A stretch of 64,000 bases of DNA from an uncultured Bacillota bacterium. GTDB taxonomy: Bacteria; Bacillota; Clostridia; Peptostreptococcales; Anaerovoracaceae. The notes below the pieces were generated by a model that made no database searches, was not told the DNA's origin, and saw nothing but the letters and a program-made list of their open reading frames with translations. Both the position numbers and the translations under genes were made by a program. Positions 57,455-64,000 of this stretch are shown here, piece by piece. Numbering within the stretch: the stretch's first letter is position 1; each line of letters begins with the position of its first letter. The stretch lies in the NCBI GenBank assembly GCA_949284065.1, contig CASDUO010000008.1:3938-67937 (forward strand), written 5' to 3'.

Positions 57455-58771
57455 GTGGAACTGAAGAGAAAGACCATCAGCATATTGCTGAGCCTTTGCC
57501 TCGTGGCAGGGCTAACACCGGTAAATACCGTATTTGCCACAGGTGAGTGCGAGCATCAATCAGGGAAACACAGTGTGGTGATCACAAAAGCCACGTGTAT
57601 GCAAGCAGGCGAAATGGCTTGGTGCTGTAATCTGTGTAATGAGCCCGTAAGGGCTGAGGAGATCCCGATGCACCCTAACAGGAAGATAGTGGGTGGGAAA
57701 GATTCGACCTGCAAGGAAGAAGGCCACACGGGAGATACTGTATGTACGGACTGTGAAAAAACCATAGAAAAGGACCAAGCTATCCCTAAGAAAGCCCACA
57801 CATGGGGAGAGTGGCAGGAAACAGAAGCCACATGTGAAAAAGAAGGGTCGAAGTTTCACATATGTGCAGTTTGCGAGGATGTAGAGGTAGCAGAGACCAC
57901 CCCTAAGAAAGACCATACATGGGGAGAGTGGGTAGAGACAGAAGCACCTACATATACAAAAGAGGGTAAAGAAGAGCGTAAGTGTAGCGTTTGCGGTACG
58001 ACTGAGACACAGACCATACCGGTGTTGGATACGCCTACAACCCCTTCCGAAGTCACTGATGTCATGATAGAGGCAATGCAGATACCTGATATTTCCGACA
58101 TAGGTTTCGATGCGGGTGATAAAGCCACCATCGAGGAGGCAAGGGCGGCATACGAGAAAGTCATAACAGAGCATCCCGCATATGGGATGATATTGGAGAC
58201 CACACTGAAAAAGATAGAGGCTGCAGAGGCCGCATATATGGCTGCTAAACGGGCTGCATTCGAGGCCACGGAGCCTGATATAGAGCTCACCAGGGATGAG
58301 TTCTACTACAACAAAAAGCCCAAGACTCCCAAGGTGAGATCAGGACTTGAAGGATTTACAGAGGGAGAGGACTATATCCTCGGATATGAGGACAACATAA
58401 AGGCAGGCATAGGCAGTGTGGTGATAGAAGGTATGGACGACCTCGAAGGACTTTCCGTGACTAAGGATATCCTCATAAGACCTTACAGAGGCGCCATAAA
58501 CAAAGTGACGACGAGGAGGAACAGCATGGTGGTCACATCCAGAGACCAGAGTGCAGGGGGCATCACAGGCTACCAGTTCGCATGGAGAGTGACAAACAGC
58601 GGAGATGGGTGGAAGACCAAGATGACCAGCACCAAGAACTACAGGACCACCATCAAAAATCTGAAGGCCGATACCAGATACACCGTGAAGGTGAGAGGCA
58701 TAGTGAAAGTCGATGGTGTGAGATACTATGGTGAGTGGAGCAAGCTCTCAAAGACAAGGACAACAAGATAA
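57455..58771 (+). CDS. secreted protein with four tandem Cys-containing ~40-aa modules and a C-terminal fibronectin type III-like domain
   Basis: Signal peptide MELKRKTISILLSLCLVAGLTPVNTVFA. Repeats such as KKAHTWGEWQETEATCEKEGSKFHICAVCE and KKDHTWGEWVETEAPTYTKEGKEERKCSVCG. FN3-like GYQFAWRV...YTVKVRG...YGEWS. AAGGAGG RBS before the GTG. Confidence 0.8.
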   Translation: MELKRKTISILLSLCLVAGLTPVNTVFATGECEHQSGKHSVVITKATCMQAGEMAWCCNLCNEPVRAEEIPMHPNRKIVGGKDSTCKEEGHTGDTVCTDCEKTIEKDQAIPKKAHTWGEWQETEATCEKEGSKFHICAVCEDVEVAETTPKKDHTWGEWVETEAPTYTKEGKEERKCSVCGTTETQTIPVLDTPTTPSEVTDVMIEAMQIPDISDIGFDAGDKATIEEARAAYEKVITEHPAYGMILETTLKKIEAAEAAYMAAKRAAFEATEPDIELTRDEFYYNKKPKTPKVRSGLEGFTEGEDYILGYEDNIKAGIGSVVIEGMDDLEGLSVTKDILIRPYRGAINKVTTRRNSMVVTSRDQSAGGITGYQFAWRVTNSGDGWKTKMTSTKNYRTTIKNLKADTRYTVKVRGIVKVDGVRYYGEWSKLSKTRTTR

Positions 58772-58789
58772 AAACACTATACTAACAAT

Positions 58790-58816
58790 GCCCCGGAGGA
58801 ATTCGGGGCTTTTTTT
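58790..58816 (+). terminator. intrinsic terminator
   Basis: GCCCCG-GAGGAATT-CGGGGC followed by TTTTTTT. Confidence 0.8.
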
Positions 58817-58829
58817 ATCGGTATGTGTC

Positions 58830-58838
58830 TGATATAAT
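58830..58838 (+). promoter_or_regulatory. extended -10 element TGaTATAAT upstream of the lysO leader
   Basis: TGATATAAT. The same 9-mer occurs at 56610 and 12274. Confidence 0.45.
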
Positions 58839-58987
58839 CGTGTTGCACGATCGTAGCATAGCGAGAGAAACGCTAATCTCTGTTATGCTATTTTCATGGG
58901 GCGTAACGTGGGGCAAGGTGCATGGTGGTACATACAAAAGTCTGTAAAATCAATGGTTGTAGGGCTCTGTGTATGCTACGGAAATGG

Positions 58988-59003
58988 CCAGGTGTCTCAC
59001 CAA
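58988..59003 (+). repeat. right copy of a 16-nt direct repeat (att-like core)
   Basis: CCAGGTGTCTCACCAA. Matches 56684-56699 at 15 of 16 positions. Confidence 0.5.
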
Positions 59004-59096
59004 CGACCGCCTGATCCGGATGTGTGCCGGGTCGAGCGGTTTGAATTAATAGGGAAATCTACTTCGTAATATGGCAAGGCGGAATGGAGGGATAAC

Positions 59097-59399
59097 TTGT
59101 CACTGCTTGCATTGTACCTGGGGATAACTTTTACGGGCTATCTCGTAGGTGTGGGATTCAGAAAAAAAGGTATCCAGTTGAAATGGACCGGTAAAGTCCA
59201 GGCGATAGCCATAGGGGTGCTGGTCTTTTTGATGGGCACACGACTGGGCGCAGACAGGGAAGTAATTGAGGGAATAAGTACCATAGGGGTCACATCTTTC
59301 ATCCTGACTGCTCTGGTGCTGGTCGGAAGTGTTGCCGCAGTTTTTATATGCCGCAAGATATTGGGTATAAACAAAGAGGGGGTGAAGGGAGATGACTAA
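59097..59399 (+). CDS. LysO/DUF340-family membrane protein, small N-terminal subunit
   Basis: 100 aa, three TM segments, TTG start after GGAGGG. Overlaps the next LysO-like ORF by 8 nt. Confidence 0.7.
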   Translation: MSLLALYLGITFTGYLVGVGFRKKGIQLKWTGKVQAIAIGVLVFLMGTRLGADREVIEGISTIGVTSFILTALVLVGSVAAVFICRKILGINKEGVKGDD

Positions 59400-59985
59400 G
59401 ATAATAATCGCCTCCGTAGCGGTAGGTATGGTGTCAGGATATTTTTTCCTGCCCGAATGGTTCATAGATTCTACTGAGTACACCCTGGTCATAGGACTGT
59501 GTATCTTGCTTTTCTTTGTAGGCATAGACCTGGGCAGCGATGAGGATCTTGTAAAAAATTTCAAGAAAGTGGGCTGGAGGATATTGATATTCCCCTTTGC
59601 CATAATACTCGGAACCATGGCCGGTTGTCTGGTGGGAGCGATGTTCCTGCCTATGAGTGTCAGGGAAGCTATGGCTGTAGGAGCCGGCTTCGGGTGGTAT
59701 ACTTTAGCACCGGTGATACTGACACAGTATTCGGCGGAGATAAGCGCCATATCATTTTTACACAACGTGATGAGGGAACTCATCGGCATAATATTGATCC
59801 CTGTGGTGGCGAAAAGGGTGGGGTTCATCGAGACCACATCCCTTCCGGGAGCTGCCGCAATGGATGTCTGCCTTCCCATAGTGGAAAGGTCTACAAATGC
59901 CAATATAGCCGTGTATTCCTTCATATCGGGAATGACATTGAGCATAGCAGTACCTATACTGGTACCTCTGATCATCGGGCTGTAG
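59392..59985 (+). CDS. LysO/DUF340-family lysine-exporter-like membrane protein
   Basis: 197 aa. GAGFGWYTLAP...FLHNVMRE...GAAAMDVCLP resembles LysO (YbjE) family motifs. Confidence 0.75.
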   Translation: MTKIIIASVAVGMVSGYFFLPEWFIDSTEYTLVIGLCILLFFVGIDLGSDEDLVKNFKKVGWRILIFPFAIILGTMAGCLVGAMFLPMSVREAMAVGAGFGWYTLAPVILTQYSAEISAISFLHNVMRELIGIILIPVVAKRVGFIETTSLPGAAAMDVCLPIVERSTNANIAVYSFISGMTLSIAVPILVPLIIGL

Positions 59986-60076
59986 CCTGGGTGCCGGGAC
60001 AGGAGTCACGGTTTTTTTGACAATGAAACACAAGGATGGAACGGAGAAACAACAGGGATCGGAAAGGGAGCAGAAC

Positions 60077-60919
60077 ATGAAAGAAATGAAGCTTTTTAGG
60101 GGCAGTGAAGATTATGTGGCGACGGAAGAACTGATGAACGCAGTCAATGTCGCTATAGCGTTGAAAAAGCCTTTATTGATAAAGGGAGAGCCGGGCACGG
60201 GGAAGACTATGCTCGCTCAGTCCATCTCAGATGCTCTGGGGAAAAAGCTCATAGTGTGGAGCATAAAATCCACTACCAAGGCACATGACGGCCTATATGT
60301 TTATGATACGGTGCAGAGATTATATGACAGCCAGTTCGGAGAAGGGGACGTGGCCGATATAAGGCAGTATATAAAGCTCGGGAAGCTGGGAGAGGCATTC
60401 ACGGCGGAGGAGCAGGTGGTCCTGCTCATAGATGAGATAGATAAGGCAGATTTAGAGTTCCCCAATGACCTTTTGTGGGAACTTGACAAGATGGAATTTT
60501 ATGTAAACGAAACAAAGGAGACCATAAAGACGAAGCACAGGCCTATAGTCATAATAACTTCCAATGCGGAAAAAGAACTGCCGGATGCTTTTCTCAGAAG
60601 GTGCATATTCCACTATATAGAATTCCCTGACGAAGAGAAGATGCGAGAGATAATAAGGGTGCATTACGGAGATCTGGACCAAAAGCTCGTGGACAAGTCT
60701 GTAGAGGCCTTCTATAAGCTCAGGGAAATGGATGACGTGCAGAAAAAGCCCAGCACTTCAGAACTTTTGGACTGGATACAGGCGCTTATGATAAGCGGTG
60801 TGGAAATAGATGATCTTTCGGAGAAAATGCCTTTTGTAGGAGTCTTGCTCAAGAAAAACCAGGATATAGATGTTATGAAGGAGATCAAGACCAAGGGATA
60901 TTCCCTGAGGAACTGGTAG
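60077..60919 (+). CDS. MoxR-like AAA+ ATPase (AAA_5 / CoxD-like)
   Basis: Walker A GEPGTGKT, Walker B LLIDEIDKA, sensor region ITSNAEKELPDAFLRRC. AAGGGAG RBS before the ATG at 60077. Confidence 0.85.
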   Translation: MKEMKLFRGSEDYVATEELMNAVNVAIALKKPLLIKGEPGTGKTMLAQSISDALGKKLIVWSIKSTTKAHDGLYVYDTVQRLYDSQFGEGDVADIRQYIKLGKLGEAFTAEEQVVLLIDEIDKADLEFPNDLLWELDKMEFYVNETKETIKTKHRPIVIITSNAEKELPDAFLRRCIFHYIEFPDEEKMREIIRVHYGDLDQKLVDKSVEAFYKLREMDDVQKKPSTSELLDWIQALMISGVEIDDLSEKMPFVGVLLKKNQDIDVMKEIKTKGYSLRNW

Positions 60920-60922
60920 CTT

Positions 60923-62116
60923 ATGTTTTTGGAGTTTTTTTACCTTCTGAGAGAAATAGGGTTGAAGGTCACGCTGAATCAGTGGATGACTTTGATGGAG
61001 GCCATGGACAAGGATCTGGCAGGCTCCAGCCTGACCAGGTTCTATTACCTGTGCAGATCCGTACTCGTCACATCCGAATCTGATTATGACAAGCTGGATG
61101 TGGCTTTTTCCCAGTATTTTGCAGGTATAGAAAGTTCGGAGGACCTTCCTGAAAAATTCTGGGAGTGGTTGAAACAGGACGAGCGGGAAAAAGATATAAA
61201 TGATAAAGAGGTGATGGATGATTTCCTGTTAGAACTGGATGAACTGCTTAAGCGATTCAAAGACCGTATAGAAAACCAGAAAGAAAAGCATGACGGAGGG
61301 AACAAATGGATCGGGACAGGCGGAACATCCACACAGGGAAGAGGAGGATATAACCCGAGAGGCATAAGGACCGGAGGAGAAAGCCGCCACAGGACTGCTG
61401 TACAGATAGCAGGAGAGAGGAAGTTCAGTGACTTTCGCGACGATACCATAATAGATATAAGGCAGTTCCAGATGGCTTTCAGGAAGTTGAGACAATATTC
61501 TTCCAGAGTGGATGCGCAGAAAACGGAACTGGACGTGGATCAGACCATAGATAAGACATGTGATAACGGAGGTAGACTGGAGCTGGTATACGAAAAGCCC
61601 AGGAAGAACACTGTAAAAGTGTTGCTTTTGATGGATTCTGACGGATCCATGCTCAGGTTTTCCCATTTGTGCAATCAGCTTTTTCAGGCATTGAGGAAAT
61701 CGAACCATTTCAAGGATCTGCAGGTTTATTATTTCCACAACTGCATATATGACAAACTCTATAAAACTCCCAGGTGCCGCATAGGTGAATGGGTCGACAC
61801 GCAGTGGGTCTTTTCAAAGCTGGACAGCGAGTACAAGGTCATATTCGTGGGAGATGCAGCCATGGCGCCCTCTGAGCTCTTCAGGAAAGGCGGCAACGTG
61901 GTGGTGGGACTTTACAATGATGAATTGGGCATAGACTGGCTGGGAAAATTCAAACGGAGATTCAAAAAACAGATCTGGCTCAACCCCATACCGAAAAACA
62001 GGTGGGAGCATATGTACGGAGCCACCACATGTGAAGAGATAAGGAAACTGTTCCCCATGTTCGAGCTTTCTTTAGGGGGACTGGAACAGGGGATAAAGAA
62101 ATTGCTGGTGAAGTAA
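60923..62116 (+). CDS. VWA domain protein, CoxE-like partner of the MoxR ATPase
   Basis: C-terminal VWA-like core with MIDAS-like LLMDSDGSM. Starts 3 nt after the ATPase stop. Confidence 0.75.
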   Translation: MFLEFFYLLREIGLKVTLNQWMTLMEAMDKDLAGSSLTRFYYLCRSVLVTSESDYDKLDVAFSQYFAGIESSEDLPEKFWEWLKQDEREKDINDKEVMDDFLLELDELLKRFKDRIENQKEKHDGGNKWIGTGGTSTQGRGGYNPRGIRTGGESRHRTAVQIAGERKFSDFRDDTIIDIRQFQMAFRKLRQYSSRVDAQKTELDVDQTIDKTCDNGGRLELVYEKPRKNTVKVLLLMDSDGSMLRFSHLCNQLFQALRKSNHFKDLQVYYFHNCIYDKLYKTPRCRIGEWVDTQWVFSKLDSEYKVIFVGDAAMAPSELFRKGGNVVVGLYNDELGIDWLGKFKRRFKKQIWLNPIPKNRWEHMYGATTCEEIRKLFPMFELSLGGLEQGIKKLLVK

Positions 62117-62247
62117 ACGGTATTTACCGTGGAGCTCACGAGAGTTATAATATATCGAAAACAGTTCGTAAGACCGGAGAACGACGTTCAGTGAATGCAG
62201 GCATCGATGATGGCGAACATATAGGATTACCAAAACAAGGAGAAAAA

Positions 62248-63867
62248 ATGAAAGCAGATCTGATAATCAAAGGAAAAGCCCTATTCGACAGCGTAAGCAC
62301 AGAACCTTTTTCGGGATATGTGGCCATCGGGGGCAACAAGATAATCGAAGTCAAAAAAGGATATGATGGGATCGACGAATTCACAGGTCCTGAGACTATG
62401 GTGTACGATGCGGGAGAACGGCTCGTCATGCCGGGGTTCCATGACAGCCATACCCATCTGGTGTTGGGCGGACTTTGTGCCAACAATGCCAACCTGGGAG
62501 AGGCAAAGTCCGAAGAGGAAGCCGCAAAGATGGTATGGGAACACTATAACAAATCGGATTCCAAGGGAAGGTGGGTCTATGGATTCAACTGGTATCATGT
62601 GTTCTGGGACAACCATGAACTTCCCACGAAGGCAAGCCTCGACAAATACTTCCCCGATAAGCCCGTGATGCTCCTCAATTCAGAGGCTCACGGCGCGTGG
62701 GTGAACACGAAGGCCATGGAGATCGCAGGTATAACACGGGATACCAAAGACCCGGTAGGCGGAGAGATAGCGAAAGATGAAAACGGAGAGCCTACAGGGT
62801 TCCTGTACGAAACGGCTATGGAACTGGTGGTACCTTATGCCTATGACTTCACCGACGATGAGGAAAAAGAAAGACTGAAAGCCTTTATGGAAAACGCAAA
62901 GACCCTGGGAATAACTTCCCTGGTCGATGTGCGTCCGTATTTCGGCAGGAATCTGGGCAGACCCAGGATATATAAGGAGCTGGAAGACGCAGGAGAACTC
63001 ACTTTGAGGATATGCACGGCGGCTGACATGCTCGGCGACTTGGAAGAGGCAAAAAAAGACAGAGAGATGTATGACACCGAAAAGGTGAAGTGCCATATGC
63101 TCAAGCAGTTCATCGACGGAGTGGTGACCACTCATACCGCATGGATGAAAGAAGAATATACCGATGCTCCCGGAAATGTGGGAGAACCCCTCAGCGAACC
63201 GGAAAAACTGTATGAAGGCATACAGAGAGGACACGAAGCAGGATTCTGGATAAAGCTCCATGCCATAGGAGACAGAGCCATAGAATTTGCCGTGGATTCT
63301 ATAGAAGATGCCATGGATAAATATGGAGACCGGGGCAATCGTCATGCATTGGAACATATAGAGACACCGAAGGAAAAAGATGTTGAGCGGATGGGCAGAC
63401 TGAACATAGTGGCATCCGTACAGCCGGAACATCTGGGACTGATGCCTACATGGGAAGGAGAAGAATACAGAACTGTCCTTGGAGAGGAAAGAGCAGGAAA
63501 GACCTGGCCTTTCAGAGACATGTTGGATGCCGGTTCCATGCTGGCTTTGGGAAGTGACTGTCCGGTAGTGAGCAACGATCCTTTCTTTGCGCTTCACAGG
63601 GGCGTTACACGCGTCCATGATGACGGACTTCCTGAAGGGGGATGGAACCCCAGCCAGAAATTGTCAGTGGCAGAGGTGATAAAATATTACACTGCAGGTT
63701 CCGCATATGGTGTAGGGCGTGAAGACGAGCTTGGCACCCTGGAAAAAGGGAAGCTTGCCGATGTGATAGTGCTGGATATGGATCCCTTCAGAGAAGATCC
63801 TGACAGGATCAGGAAAGGAAAGGTCGACCTTACCGTAATGGACGGGAATATCATATACGAAAGGTGA
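62248..63867 (+). CDS. metal-dependent amidohydrolase (Amidohydro_3 / YtcJ-like)
   Basis: MPGFHDSHTHL HxH metal motif and later conserved His/Asp residues (LHAIGD, GSDCPV). AAGGAG RBS before the ATG at 62248. Confidence 0.85.
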   Translation: MKADLIIKGKALFDSVSTEPFSGYVAIGGNKIIEVKKGYDGIDEFTGPETMVYDAGERLVMPGFHDSHTHLVLGGLCANNANLGEAKSEEEAAKMVWEHYNKSDSKGRWVYGFNWYHVFWDNHELPTKASLDKYFPDKPVMLLNSEAHGAWVNTKAMEIAGITRDTKDPVGGEIAKDENGEPTGFLYETAMELVVPYAYDFTDDEEKERLKAFMENAKTLGITSLVDVRPYFGRNLGRPRIYKELEDAGELTLRICTAADMLGDLEEAKKDREMYDTEKVKCHMLKQFIDGVVTTHTAWMKEEYTDAPGNVGEPLSEPEKLYEGIQRGHEAGFWIKLHAIGDRAIEFAVDSIEDAMDKYGDRGNRHALEHIETPKEKDVERMGRLNIVASVQPEHLGLMPTWEGEEYRTVLGEERAGKTWPFRDMLDAGSMLALGSDCPVVSNDPFFALHRGVTRVHDDGLPEGGWNPSQKLSVAEVIKYYTAGSAYGVGREDELGTLEKGKLADVIVLDMDPFREDPDRIRKGKVDLTVMDGNIIYER

Positions 63868-63918
63868 TCAGGGATCCGTTAAAAACGATGTGACAAAAGA
63901 GGGTTCTATAATAAATGT

Positions 63919-63962
63919 TGGGGTGGGAAGATAAAACTTCCACCCCAGCATTCTGTTTTTTT
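63919..63962 (+). terminator. putative terminator after the amidohydrolase gene
   Basis: TGGGGTGGGAAG-ATAAAA-CTTCCACCCCA hairpin (one bulge). The T7 tract begins 8 nt downstream. Confidence 0.5.
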
Positions 63963-64000
63963 GTAAAATAAAAGAGCACAATGCACACAAACTCTCTCTA

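Larger units (their letters stand above)
56684..59003. mobile_element. putative degenerate integrated islet (no integrase)
   Basis: Bounded by a tRNA 3' fragment and a 15/16 direct repeat. The left ~0.75 kb is visibly AT-rich. The cargo is a doubtful 91-codon ORF and a secreted Cys-module/FN3 protein. Confidence 0.35.

Noticed and set aside
58896-59069. A 57-codon ORF (MGRNVGQGAWWYIQ...) inside the lysO leader.
   Set aside because: It has no RBS, an odd composition, and it crosses the att-like repeat and the predicted RNA pairings. It is more likely non-coding.
58852-59096. A lysine (L-box) riboswitch in front of the LysO-like genes.
   Set aside because: I could not find the conserved L-box elements I remember (AGAGGCGC start, GTCGCCGAAG, CTGTCA). 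The same applies to the ydaO/c-di-AMP and yybP-ykoY motifs. I kept it only as an unclassified structured leader.
1-64000. CRISPR arrays, IS elements, prophage, rRNA.
   Set aside because: Reading all intergenic regions longer than 100 nt showed no spacer-repeat periodicity, no terminal inverted repeats with a transposase, no phage-like genes and no rRNA-like sequence.

Overview
This is a 64-kb chromosomal segment from what looks like a Gram-positive, Clostridia-type (Bacillota) genome. That placement is an inference from gene order and from ATA/AGA/AGG-rich codon usage. The gene order includes infC-rpmI-rplT, radC-mreBCD-PBP2-minD/rodA, rny, and rimP-nusA-ylxR-ylxQ-infB-rbfA-nrnA-truB-ribF...rpsO-pnp.

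I call about 60 protein genes. Almost all are on the + strand; only rodA, a class A PBP and maf are on the - strand. The first ~50 kb is housekeeping: translation, cell-wall elongation, RNA turnover, tRNA/rRNA modification, and an acyl-CoA dehydrogenase/EtfB/ferredoxin-EtfA module. The last ~14 kb is more accessory. It holds an EamA transporter, a NUDIX hydrolase, a C-N hydrolase, an orphan DNA methyltransferase, YitT, Mrp, an AT-rich islet, split LysO, a MoxR-VWA pair and an amidohydrolase.

I found no rRNA, complete tRNA, CRISPR array, transposase, integrase or phage structural gene.

The most notable observations are:
- A kinase-less KdpD-like sensor module (USP + DUF4118-type membrane part + GAF-like) is translationally coupled to ktrB-ktrA. 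It sits in a 4-gene block inserted between ribF and rpsO.
- A tRNA 3' fragment plus a 15/16 direct repeat bracket a 2.3-kb integrase-less AT-rich islet that encodes a secreted Cys-module/FN3 protein.
- An orphan beta-class DNA methyltransferase is preceded by a 27-codon hydrophobic ORF and is start/stop-coupled to yitT.
- A TerC gene is broken by an internal out-of-frame deletion.
- A lipid-anchored trigger-factor homologue is present.
- minD has its own promoter and no minC/minE, and its stop codon overlaps that of a convergent rodA.

None of these is proven to be a new system. All calls rest on reading the sequence and on remembered family signatures, not on database searches.
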